Assembly (NCBI GenBank): GCA_009873655.1
Contig: WAIB01000007.1
Coordinates: 10,718-74,717 of the forward strand
Reading direction: 5' to 3'
From: Nitrospinota bacterium
GTDB taxonomy: Bacteria > Nitrospinota > Nitrospinia > Nitrospinales > VA-1
Length of the DNA stretch: 64,000 nt
A program made the translations under genes and the position numbers. The notes below the pieces were generated by a model. That model saw nothing but the letters and a program-made list of their open reading frames with translations. It was not told the DNA's origin and did no database searches. Positions 37,673 to 47,900 of this stretch are shown here, one piece after another (the first letter of the stretch is position 1; each line of letters begins with the position of its first letter).

Positions 37673-38905
37673 TTAAAATCGGCTTGTGACCTCTTCAGGA
37701 TAGGACTCAATTTTATGAAGCGTCAGGTCTGAGCCTTTTTGTTCTTCCTCTTTGGTTAATCGAATTCCGATAGTGGAATCCAGGATTTTATATACAGCGA
37801 ATCCAAAAAACAGGGCCACAGCAATGGCAACCAGGGTGCCTACCGATTGAGCGATAAAGCTTACCTCACCCAATCCTCCCAGGGCTTCCTGCCCGAAGAT
37901 GCCGCAGGCAATCCCTCCCCATGAACCTGCCAAACCATGCAGGGGCCAGACTCCTAAAACGTCATCGATTTTTAATTTTTCCTGTTCCCATGTGAAGCCC
38001 TTAACAAAAATAACACCCCCCATGGCCCCAATTACTAATGCCCCAATCGGGTGAACCTGGTCTGAGCCCGCGCAAATGGCAACCAGCCCTGCCAGCGCCC
38101 CGTTGTGAATAAACCCCGGGTCATTTTTTGAAATCACCAAAGCGGCGACGATTCCGCCTGCCATGGCAAATAATGAATTCATTGCTACCAGACCGGAAAT
38201 ACCCTGTATCGTTGCTGCTGACATAACATTAAAACCGAACCAGCCTACGCAAAGCATCCAACTTCCCAGTGCCATAAAGGGGACATTACTAATAGGGATA
38301 GGGCGACTGCGGCCTTCCGAGTCCCACCTGCCCAGCCTGGGGCCTAGAACGATCACCCCGGCAAGAGCTATCCATCCTCCCATTGAGTGAACAACAACAG
38401 AGCCGGCATAATCATGAAAAGGAACACCCCCTGTAATCCCTGCAAGCCAGGAATCGGATTGTCCAAGAAACGTAATTTGTCCCCAAACCATGCCCTCGAA
38501 CAAGGGGTAGGCAACCCCTACAAATATTCCCGCAGCCAGTGCCTGCGTCCAGAATTTGGCTCGTTCGGCTATCCCGCCTGAAATAATTGCCGGGATGGCT
38601 GCTGCAAAAGTGAGCAAAAAGAAAAAATGCACCAGTTCATAGCCTTGTTTGTCCGCAAGTAATTCCTTTGCGGGGAGGAAAAAGTTAATTCCATAGGCGA
38701 CAGAAAATCCAATGAAGAAATAGATCAAGGTGGATAAGGCAAAATCAACTAAAATTTTTACCAATGCGTTTACCTGATTTTTTTTGCGAACGGTGCCGAC
38801 TTCCAAAAAGGCAAAGCCACCATGCATCGCAAAGACCATTACCGCCCCTAACATCATGAATAGTACGTCGCCACTATCGACTAGTGATTTAATATCTTTT
38901 TCCAT
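37673..38905 (-). CDS. amt: Ammonium transporter
   Basis: It is a polytopic Amt/Mep protein with GGFAFLEVG and HSMGGW-type blocks. I prefer the ATG at 38905, directly preceded by GGAGGGGGGA, over the track start at 38938. Confidence 0.9.
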   Translation of the reverse strand: MEKDIKSLVDSGDVLFMMLGAVMVFAMHGGFAFLEVGTVRKKNQVNALVKILVDFALSTLIYFFIGFSVAYGINFFLPAKELLADKQGYELVHFFFLLTFAAAIPAIISGGIAERAKFWTQALAAGIFVGVAYPLFEGMVWGQITFLGQSDSWLAGITGGVPFHDYAGSVVVHSMGGWIALAGVIVLGPRLGRWDSEGRSRPIPISNVPFMALGSWMLCVGWFGFNVMSAATIQGISGLVAMNSLFAMAGGIVAALVISKNDPGFIHNGALAGLVAICAGSDQVHPIGALVIGAMGGVIFVKGFTWEQEKLKIDDVLGVWPLHGLAGSWGGIACGIFGQEALGGLGEVSFIAQSVGTLVAIAVALFFGFAVYKILDSTIGIRLTKEEEQKGSDLTLHKIESYPEEVTSRF

Positions 38906-39222
38906 CTTTCCCCCCTCCAAAGATTGAATAGAAAACATTCCTGTCTGTTATGAGTTCCTTCAAACATTTGAAGACCAGGTGAAAAACCGTTCCTAAGCAA
39001 GCGATACAAGTAATGGCTTTATCGACCTATATCCTTCATAACAAAAGGGAAATGTTCATCATGAAAGCATTTTGGTAAACTATAAACCGGTATACAGAAA
39101 AAATGTAATTTAAATTAAAGAGTAAATTTTCGGATATCCGTAAAAACCGGCAGGATAAATACAGGAAACAGGAAAAACCATTATTTTAATTGGCTTTATG
39201 GGGCTATTTATTTTCAGAACGC

Positions 39223-39804
39223 CTAATTTGCAAGGCAGTTAAGAAGCGCTTGGTCTGTCAGCATTCTACCCAAAATTTTGGAAAGGGTGGCATTTAAGAG
39301 ATTTTCGTTGGGAAATGTGGCTGGAGTGATATTTCTGCGATTATTTTTGGAGGAATAGGTATTAGAATAGGTTTCGTCGCCATTTGTACAAGTGGCTTTT
39401 AATTTGGCTCGGACCCGGACATCCATTCCGGGAACGCGTTCACTGTATTTGCTTCTGATATCTAAAATCTGGACTATTAAAGAATGATCAGGGTTTCTTC
39501 TATGAATTTTGGGGGTGAAATTCAATTTTTTTAATCCCTGCTGAATTTTAGTCGAAAAAATGTCTTTTAAGTCGTGTTGGGAGGATATGCTGAATTTTCT
39601 TAGACCTTTTTTCCATTTAGCAATAGTATTATTTCTCCTGGAATCTTCTACATATACTGAAACCGGAATGTTGTTGCCGAATTTTGAGTCATGAATCGGA
39701 AGAGAGGGATTGAGGAAAACCTGGTGGTGTTTGGTACACCCGGCTACAAGAAAAAATAAAAAAATAAATGCAAATCGAATGGCTAAACCCAGTGTCTGGC
39801 TCAT
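39223..39804 (-). CDS. Lipoprotein, YajG-like
   Basis: The 193 aa ORF has a lipobox LVAGC. Its length and block order resemble E. coli YajG as I remember it. Confidence 0.45.
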   Translation of the reverse strand: MSQTLGLAIRFAFIFLFFLVAGCTKHHQVFLNPSLPIHDSKFGNNIPVSVYVEDSRRNNTIAKWKKGLRKFSISSQHDLKDIFSTKIQQGLKKLNFTPKIHRRNPDHSLIVQILDIRSKYSERVPGMDVRVRAKLKATCTNGDETYSNTYSSKNNRRNITPATFPNENLLNATLSKILGRMLTDQALLNCLAN

Positions 39805-39869
39805 AATGCCTTTGTAAATGGGTAAAAATTATTTTTCCCAAGAAATCTTTTCTCAATAAAAAGTTTAAT

Positions 39870-40208
39870 ATGAAATTAGTCAAAATCAAATCAATTAGTG
39901 AAGGAATGGTAACCGCCGCAGAAGTTAAAGATAGAACGGGCCGTACCTTGCTGGAAAAAGGGAAAGCGATAACGAAAAAACATTTAAAGGTTTTCAAAAC
40001 CTGGGGAATTACAGAGGTTAAGGTGGTTTTGCAGAAAGATTCCTCAATCGATCAAAGTGTAGAGGAAAATGAGACTCCCATAGATCCGGAAATAATCAAA
40101 GAAACAGATGAGTTGTTTAAGTTTACGGACCGCCGGCATCCCATTGTGAGCGAGTTTTATAATCTTTGTTTGTCGCGCAAGGTAAAATTAATGAATGACA
40201 ACACTTGA
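39870..40208 (+). CDS. Small stand-alone regulatory-domain protein, resembling the N-terminal module that precedes HD-GYP/HD-type domains
   Basis: The 112 aa ORF shows the pattern GMV.A.EV.D..GR.LL.KG..I....L..FK.WGI.EV.V. It ends 15 nt before the HDOD gene. Confidence 0.4.
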   Translation: MKLVKIKSISEGMVTAAEVKDRTGRTLLEKGKAITKKHLKVFKTWGITEVKVVLQKDSSIDQSVEENETPIDPEIIKETDELFKFTDRRHPIVSEFYNLCLSRKVKLMNDNT

Positions 40209-40223
40209 TGTTGGAAACATGAT

Positions 40224-41063
40224 ATGGCTATGGAATTACAAAAACTCGTCGAACAGTCCCCTCAGATTTCCTCCCTCCCTACCATTTTTTATCAAATCAA
40301 TGAGGCAGTAGAAGATCCGGAATGCTCTTTTGTGGAGATTGGAGAGATCATCAGCGGCGACCCATCGCTTTCTGCACGGTTGTTGAGAATCGTAAACAGC
40401 TCCTATTTTGGATTCCCCAACAAAGTTGAAACGATCACTCATGCTGTAACGATAGTGGGAATGGCGCAGCTTCGTGATCTGGCTTTGGCAACCACTGTGG
40501 TAAATCAATTCAAGGGAATTTCAAAAAAACTGATTAATATGGAGAAATTCTGGCTGCACAGTGTCGCTACGGGTTTGACTGCCAGGGTTATTGCTATTTA
40601 TCGTAGAGAGTCCAACGCAGACAGGTTTTATCTTATGGGTATGCTTCACGATCTGGGTAGATTATTGCTGCTGCTCAACCTTCCTGGTTCGATTCAAACT
40701 ATAATGGAAGAATATGAACAGGGAGGCACCATGTATGAAGTAGAAAGTAATGTTCTGGGATTTGATCATGCGGCTGCCGCAGGTCAACTCATGAAAGCCT
40801 GGCAATTGCCTGAAATGTTGCAGGAAGCTGTTGAGTATCACCATAAGCCAGAGCAGGCCCCTCACTATCCGCTGGCAGCCTCAATAGTCCATGTTGCAGA
40901 TTTCATTGCTCATGGAATGGAGCTTGGAAGCTGTGGGGAGAGATATGTCCCCCCCCTTTCCCCAAAAGCATGGGAACAGCTGGAGTTTCAACCGAACCTG
41001 TTACCTTCTTTGATGGAGCAGGTAGATCGACAGGTTAAGGAAGCGGTGGAAATATTTTTATGA
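40224..41063 (+). CDS. HDOD domain protein
   Basis: The 279 aa ORF contains DPSLSARLLRIVNSSYFGFPNKVETITHAVTIVG, MLHDLGRLLL and a later HH pair, all typical of HDOD. Confidence 0.8.
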   Translation: MAMELQKLVEQSPQISSLPTIFYQINEAVEDPECSFVEIGEIISGDPSLSARLLRIVNSSYFGFPNKVETITHAVTIVGMAQLRDLALATTVVNQFKGISKKLINMEKFWLHSVATGLTARVIAIYRRESNADRFYLMGMLHDLGRLLLLLNLPGSIQTIMEEYEQGGTMYEVESNVLGFDHAAAAGQLMKAWQLPEMLQEAVEYHHKPEQAPHYPLAASIVHVADFIAHGMELGSCGERYVPPLSPKAWEQLEFQPNLLPSLMEQVDRQVKEAVEIFL

Positions 41064-41147
41064 TGGGATCCTATTTTGAAAAATAAAGACTCCAAATCCA
41101 AAGAGCAAGCCCGTATTGAATTTTTATAGAAACATGCACGGCTAAAT

Positions 41148-43346
41148 TTGTTTGGGTTGGATATCCTTGCTTCTTTGGGAGAGCTGCAACATAGCGCCAA
41201 TTTGGGGCGGGAACCAAGGCATATTTTGAAAGTCGCATTAAATCATGTTCAGCGATTGATTGAATTTGAAGTAACGGCATTTTACCTCGTAGATGAAGAT
41301 AGCTCGGACTTTGTGTTGAAGACGATTGTTCCTTCCTCTCAGGAAAGTTCTCTGCAAAAGGAAGTGGATGAGGAAATAGAAAATGGAACGTTTGCGTGGG
41401 CCTTAAATCAAAACCGTGCGGTTGTGGTCAAGTCTTCCACAGGAAAACATTCGCTGGTTTTTCATGTGTTGGCTACCAAAACCAGGGTCCGGGGGATGTT
41501 TGTCGGCAAGTTGCTGTCTAAACAAAAAACAATCAATGAAACCATTTTGTATCCTTTGACGGTTATCCTGCAAAGCACTTCAAATGCCCTGGAGAGCGCC
41601 GCTTTATATGGTTTGATCGTGGCGCAAAATAAGAATCTTGAAAAAACCGTAAGCAGCAGGACACGGGATTTGGAAAAAAGAAAAGTAGAGTTGGAAGAAG
41701 AAATTGCTTTTCGCAAACTCGCCGAAGAATCTTTGGTGGTTGCCAAAGAAGAGGCCGAAGCAGCAGTAAAAGCAAAAAGTGAATTTTTAGCTAATATGAG
41801 CCATGAAATTCGAACCCCGCTTAATGCAATCCTCGGCTACGGGGAAATTCTTCAATTTGAGGCCAGGAAAATGCAAAGGCCTGATTTTTTGGAAGACTTG
41901 AAGGCAATAGAACTTGCGGGTCGCCATTTGCTCGGTTTGATCAACGAAATTCTGGAGATATCCAAAATACAGGCAGGGAAAATGGAAGTACATTCAGAAT
42001 CCTTTTCCCTGAAGCAACTCATTGATGAAGTTATTGCAACTATCCAGCCTTTAGCGCAAAAAAAGAACAATACTCTGGAAGCAAAAATGCTGAATTCCCC
42101 AGAGAAAATGTTTTCAGATTCTATCCGCATTCGCCAGATACTTCTTAATTTATTAGGGAATGCCTGCAAATTTACCGAAAAGGGAAAAGTTGTCTTGTCC
42201 GTTTCAGGTAAGGAAGTGGAGGGTAAAAGTTGGATCCATTTCACAGTTGCGGACTCAGGTATAGGAATTGATCCTGAAAAAATTCCTGAACTATTTGAAG
42301 AGTTCACTCAAGCAGATAATTCCGCAACTAGAAAATTTGGCGGGACAGGACTGGGGTTAACCATAAGCAAACGATTAGCACAGTTATTGGGTGGCGATAT
42401 TCAGGCGACCAGCGAACCCGGCAAAGGTTCCTCCTTCACGTTGTTTTTGCCTCAAGATGCCTCAGCGAGAAGATCTCTTGAGACACCTGCCGGGCAAGGT
42501 TGGTCAGATTGGGCTGAAAATTATCTGGCCGAAGATGTTTTAGCTCAAAAAAACATTCATAAAAGCAAGGCAGATTCGTCCCTGGTCGAATTTGAAGCTG
42601 ATCAGGTGCTGTTGATTGATGATGACGTGATCGTGAATAATTTAATCAGAAAATTTTTAGAGAGGGAGGGCTATCAGGTTGAGATTGCCCAGGATGGAAA
42701 TGAAGGATTTAAAATCGCCGAAAGAACGCCGCCGCAAATCATTATTCTGGATGTAAAAGTTAAGGGGGAAAGTGGCTGGGAAATTCTTAAAAAATTAAAA
42801 GAGCGTCCCAAACTTAAAAATATACCTGTGGTTGTTTTAAGTGACCCTGATGAAAAACAGAGATCTATGAATTCCGGTGTGGATGAGTTTTTAACCAAGC
42901 CTTTGGATTGGGATTGCTTTATTTCAATATTAAAAAAATACAAGAAAACCACACGTGAATTTTCAATTCTAGTCGTTGAAGATGATTCGATTAACCGTGA
43001 GGCACTTCGAAGAATTCTTGGAAAAGATGGTTGGAACGTGATTGAGGCGTTCGACGGCACATCCGCCTTGGAAAAGTTAAGTGGAAAAGACACTCCAGGA
43101 TTAATTTTATTGGATATTATCATCCCGGGAATAAATGGCTTCGAATTGGTTGAAAGAATTCGCCAAAACCCTTTATGGAGAATGATCCCGATTGTAATCA
43201 TGTCCGCAAAAGAACTGACTCTTGAGGAAAGAGGGCGGCTGCAGGGAGATGTTGAAAGAATCTTTAAAAAGGGAGATGTTACCTGCAATGAACTTTTGCA
43301 GACAATAAGAACCATTTCGAGCAAGAAAGCTTTGGAGAAAACCTGA
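41148..43346 (+). CDS. Hybrid sensor histidine kinase (GAF-like sensor, HisKA, HATPase_c, two REC domains)
   Basis: The H-box is [21 protein letters not shown] and the G2 box is [18 protein letters not shown]. Two receiver domains are present (VLLIDDD...ILDVKV and ILVVEDD...LLDIIIP). The TTG start at 41148 is uncertain. Confidence 0.85.
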   Translation: MFGLDILASLGELQHSANLGREPRHILKVALNHVQRLIEFEVTAFYLVDEDSSDFVLKTIVPSSQESSLQKEVDEEIENGTFAWALNQNRAVVVKSSTGKHSLVFHVLATKTRVRGMFVGKLLSKQKTINETILYPLTVILQSTSNALESAALYGLIVAQNKNLEKTVSSRTRDLEKRKVELEEEIAFRKLAEESLVVAKEEAEAAVKAKSEFLANMSHEIRTPLNAILGYGEILQFEARKMQRPDFLEDLKAIELAGRHLLGLINEILEISKIQAGKMEVHSESFSLKQLIDEVIATIQPLAQKKNNTLEAKMLNSPEKMFSDSIRIRQILLNLLGNACKFTEKGKVVLSVSGKEVEGKSWIHFTVADSGIGIDPEKIPELFEEFTQADNSATRKFGGTGLGLTISKRLAQLLGGDIQATSEPGKGSSFTLFLPQDASARRSLETPAGQGWSDWAENYLAEDVLAQKNIHKSKADSSLVEFEADQVLLIDDDVIVNNLIRKFLEREGYQVEIAQDGNEGFKIAERTPPQIIILDVKVKGESGWEILKKLKERPKLKNIPVVVLSDPDEKQRSMNSGVDEFLTKPLDWDCFISILKKYKKTTREFSILVVEDDSINREALRRILGKDGWNVIEAFDGTSALEKLSGKDTPGLILLDIIIPGINGFELVERIRQNPLWRMIPIVIMSAKELTLEERGRLQGDVERIFKKGDVTCNELLQTIRTISSKKALEKT

Positions 43347-43361
43347 TTCAATATTGTTGGT

Positions 43362-43826
43362 TTAAGGTTTTTTCTTGGCCTTTGGCGGTTCTACATTGGC
43401 GAAAAAGATCGACCGGGGATGAACCTGCAAAGTATATTCGAATTTCTGGCCGGTTTTTTTAGGTTTGCGAGTCAAATTAAAATTCCACTCTGATATTGTT
43501 CCGGGGCGATGCGGGTTGCCTTTAATAATGTTTCCTCCCTTATGTGGGTTGTTGAGCAAAACAAACTTTTTGGAAGGGTCTGTTTCCTGCTTTTTTACTA
43601 AAAAAACCCTGCCATATATTTTATTTATACTCCGGGAAGTGTGATTTTTAATTCTGAATATAATTGCATTTCTGTTTTCGGGTATTTTGTACTTGTCCGA
43701 GATTCCAATCGGGCCAATAGTAGTAAACTTTTCTTCACTTTGTTCCTGGCCGAAAATTTCATTGGTGGGAATGATCCACGTTAAAATCAAGGCCAATATT
43801 AATTTTGGGGTAAATTTAAAATCCAT
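43362..43826 (-). CDS. Secreted basic hypothetical protein
   Basis: The 154 aa ORF has a signal peptide and a Lys-rich tail (PPKAKKKP). It starts 1 nt after the upstream formyltransferase-like gene. Confidence 0.55.
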   Translation of the reverse strand: MDFKFTPKLILALILTWIIPTNEIFGQEQSEEKFTTIGPIGISDKYKIPENRNAIIFRIKNHTSRSINKIYGRVFLVKKQETDPSKKFVLLNNPHKGGNIIKGNPHRPGTISEWNFNLTRKPKKTGQKFEYTLQVHPRSIFFANVEPPKAKKKP

Positions 43827-43827
43827 T

Positions 43828-44640
43828 TCAGGGTTTTGGATAGAATCCCCTAATGGTTGATTCTATGTGAGTTTTTAATTCACCTGATTCTACCATTTTT
43901 TTTACTTTTAGAATGGCCGCTGGATTGAAGTCATTCCTTTTGTAGAGGTTGCCTGCTTTTTTTTGTTTTGCCAGATTAAGCATGCCTGATTGCCATTTTT
44001 CAATGGTTTCTTCCATCAGTTTGATTCCTGTCTCCATGGTTTTCCATATTAATGATTGTTCATTATCTGTAACTTCCAGATGGATAGATTTTTCCGCAGC
44101 AATTTTTCCGGTGTCGACACCTTTTTCTACCCTATGGATGGTGGCTCCCAATTTTTTTAAATCGCAGTTGTAGATAGGCCAAAAATTGCATGAAGAACCC
44201 CTATAATATTCAGGAAGCCCTGCATGCAGATTAAAGATGGAATCTGGATAAAGAGATAATATATTTTCCTTCAAAATTCCAATTCCAAATACAGCGATGA
44301 AACCGGGTGAGTATTTTTTTAAAATTGAACAGGTTTTTTCGGAATTAATCTCATTTTTGCCCAGGTAATAAACTTCCGGCTCGTTCCTGCACTCAATACC
44401 AAGTTTTGGAAGGATGGTGTCTTCTTCAAATGCTTGTCTTCTTTCAAAGAACCAGTTCCAGACCTGGGTGTCTTCCTCCGTTATCAATGGTGGGAGGGGG
44501 TAGTCCGATGGTTCAATAATTACAGCGGCTATTTTAAACCTGGCGTTCAGCTTTTTAATGAAATATTGATGACGAAGGTCCTGTCCAGTTATAACGATAA
44601 TATCCTGGTTCCTTGCCTGTTTAGAATTCGCTGTGACCAT
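43828..44640 (-). CDS. Formyltransferase-family protein (Formyl_trans_N-like, stand-alone)
   Basis: The 270 aa ORF has the catalytic block NLHAGLPEYYRGSS (N.H...LP..RG pattern). Confidence 0.6.
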   Translation of the reverse strand: MVTANSKQARNQDIIVITGQDLRHQYFIKKLNARFKIAAVIIEPSDYPLPPLITEEDTQVWNWFFERRQAFEEDTILPKLGIECRNEPEVYYLGKNEINSEKTCSILKKYSPGFIAVFGIGILKENILSLYPDSIFNLHAGLPEYYRGSSCNFWPIYNCDLKKLGATIHRVEKGVDTGKIAAEKSIHLEVTDNEQSLIWKTMETGIKLMEETIEKWQSGMLNLAKQKKAGNLYKRNDFNPAAILKVKKMVESGELKTHIESTIRGFYPKP

Positions 44641-44696
44641 ATAAATGGATATATGAAAGGCGGGTGTCTAGATCATTGGATTATTGATCCCCTAGA

Positions 44697-44963
44697 CTAA
44701 CGAATGATGAATAAAAACACAAGGAACATATCATTCACCATATTTCCAGCTAACTTTAAAACAAAAAGATCTCCCAGCCCCTGGTCAAAAATAATTTCTG
44801 GGGAAACGCGTGAATCAGCGCAGGTTAAAATTGCGGCTTTTGGCTTCTGCCCATTTACCAGTTTGATTCGATAATCAAAAGATTGATTGGGGTGAAGGGC
44901 ACCGCCTGTTGTATATCTTTCGTTTCCATCTAATAGATCTTTAACTATGGTTCTGGCGACCAA
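44697..44963 (-). pseudogene. Truncated beta-class carbonic anhydrase (N-terminal third only)
   Basis: The 88 codons contain the first zinc-ligand block CADSRVSPEIIFDQGLGDLFVLKLAGN. The frame then drifts into NDMFLVFLFIIR* and stops. The H..C zinc ligands are absent, and only about 55 nt remain before the next gene. Confidence 0.6.
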
Positions 44964-44988
44964 ATTTAATTTTTCTCCCCTGATAAAG

Positions 44989-47900
44989 TTAAACTTCCCG
45001 CCACGCTTTGAGTAATGGAAAATAAAGAGCTTTTTTAATTTGGCGGAATTCCCCGAAATCCTTTAACAGTGATTCATACCGGTCAAGTTGTGGTTTATAC
45101 CGATTTACTTCACTGTTCAGAAATATTTCCAGGCTCTCCCCCTCGTGGCGGCTGGTTTTATAATCAATTATCCACCGTATCTCATCTTCAACAAATGTGC
45201 GATCTATTATATTTCGGATGAAACGGTTTTCCGACGAAAAAGTTACGGGATACTCAGCCTGGGATTCGTCATGATTTGAAAGAATCCATCGTCCCCTTGG
45301 ATCTATCAAGGTATTGTTTATTCCTTCAATTGCAAGCTTCAAAGCATTTTCTGCCTGTTCAAAAGGGAGTCCTTCGCCCAGAAGGGCAGCCCTTATTTGT
45401 GGTGCCATCTTCCTGGTTCTTTCAGTTGACCATTTTTCTATTCCTTCTATTGAAATCGATTGGAATATTCGGTGCAAAACTATTCCCAGGCAGCGTGCGG
45501 TATTCCCGGCCCAAATAAATGGACTGGTTTCTTTTTCCTCCTCAATTTCCACAATCAGGTTCGGTTCTATCGCAGGAATAGCATTTGGAAGTTGAAAAGT
45601 TTCAGGGATTCTTTTTAGGGTAATTGCTTCTTTATCCGAATCCTTTTCACCCTGAATTAGGGGTGTGATTATAAATTCCGTCCGGCACCAATCTGACTTT
45701 ATGAAGGGCCATAAACTCTCCAGGAGCGAGTTGGATTCGGGTATCATTTCTCCTGCTTTAACTTTGGTTTTGCCAAAAAGGTGAAGTTGCTTTCTTGCTC
45801 TAGTAGAAGCTACATATAAGAGCCGCAGCATTTCATGCCTGTCCTTTTCCTTGTCCAGTTCAGAAAGAAAGTTGTAGAGGGGAGAATTTTCCGCCCCTTT
45901 TTCTTCAATGGGAGCTAAAAGGAGTTCCTTTCCGTAAGGCATCCAGAAAACCAGTCTTTTCCTATCCTGCCTTGGAGGTTTTCCCAAGCCGGGTAAGATG
46001 ACATAGTCAAACTCCAATCCCTTTGCCTTATGCATGGTCATTATCTGAATTGCATTTTCTGAGGTGGTCAAAGGACTTGCATGCAAATTCTCGATGACCT
46101 GATTGAAATGCTCCAATCTTCCTGCATCACTTTTTTGCATGATCCTTTCTACTTCATCGAAAAATGTTTCAATATCTCTGGAGGGAGTTCCTTCATGGCA
46201 GGCAGGGCCCCCCAATCGGATCCAGCAATTTTCCAAAAGCTCCCTGAAATTATTGGAAGGCAGGGCTTTGAGGGTTGGAGATAAGACGGAAATCAATCTT
46301 TCTATTTGAACTTTACCCTTCTCGGAAAGATTCAAATCGGGTATGTTTATTAATTCCCAGACCGGAGCTTCCGGATCGTTTTCGCAAAGGAGATGGATGT
46401 CATTTAATGTCAACCCAGCCCAGGGTGCCCGTAAAATGGCCAGCCAGGCAATTCGATCAAGAGGGAATAGCAATGCTCGCAACAAAGATAATAGATCTTT
46501 TATGGCCGGACGATCCGTTAAGTTATAAATTTCCTCTGCCTGGTAGGGGATACGCAAATTTTCAAACTCCCTGATAATTTCCTTGAGATGAGTTCTGCCT
46601 CTTACCAGAATTGCTGTTGTTGCTTCCGGTGATCCTCTCCGTATAGATTGAACTGTTTGAGAAATCTTCCTGGCTTCCGCTCGGGATGCTTGAACCGAGT
46701 TTTCTTCCGGATCCAAAGGATGAAGAACGACACCTGGATAAGGTTCTTTGGGATGAACAGCAGTCGATTTTGAAAAGGCTATGGCTCCGGAATCCGGATT
46801 ATCCTGTTCGGGCAATATTTTTTCAAAACATTGGTTGACCCAGTCGACAAGACCTTCCTGCGAACGAAAATTAGATTCGAGGGACAGTTTTTTTAAATCC
46901 AGGTTGCCAATGCCTTCGTTCTGGGTTTTAAGAAACAGCCCTACCTCGGCATCGCGGAACCTGTAAATAGATTGCTTGGGATCTCCCACAACAAATAATG
47001 TGCGTCCTTTACCGGGTTCCCATTCTGCCGTCAGCTTTTTTAATAATTCCTCCTGCTTAAAGGAGGTGTCCTGATACTCATCCACCAGAATGTGTTGTAT
47101 TTTGTCATCAAGATATTTCCCGAGGTCGGTTGCCTCCATATCATTTCCAAATGATTTTAATGCGGCAAGGGATACCTCACTGAAATCGCTAATCTTGTTT
47201 TCCTGTAAAAGCTTCCTGAGATTGGATTCGATTTCAGGCAGCAGGCGGAGCGTGGATCTTAGAATATCCCATTCGTAATCATTGAAATGAGGAGAGGGGA
47301 GGGTTTTTACTTTTCCCAATGCCTTTTCCAAGTCTTTAAAATCCTTAAGCGATTCCAGGAAATCCTTAAACTCACTTTTGATCTCTTTTTCTTCGGGGGG
47401 GAAGCCCAGGTTTTTATCCACCTTTTTTCTTATTTTGCCTTCGGCCGTCAGCAGAAGGTTTGCCAGGCCTTTCCATTTGTTGAGATTTTCAACTTCGGGT
47501 AGAGGAAAGGATTCCATCGACTTTAAGGACGCGATAGAGTTGTCAGGCTGATTTACAGCCAGGTTCATTCCCGCATGCATGGCAAAAGGAACTGTCTTGG
47601 ATCTCAAGGGTTCAGGGAAGAGGTCGCAGGCTGTTTTTAATTGTTTCTCAATTAATTCTGAATATAAGGTTACAAGTTTTTCTCTATGGGAATCATTCAG
47701 TAGATGCTCTTTTATATTTTCATATTTGTCGAAAAAAGAGATCATCCATTGATCCCGCAATTGCAACAACTGTGCAATGCGCTGGATAAAAGTATTTTTG
47801 TCATTGTCCAAATGCACAAGTAAGGCTCGGACCAGTTCGCAGTATAGATCTCCTGTATTTTCCACCTTGGATAAAATTTGTTTGGCTGTCCCAACAAACA

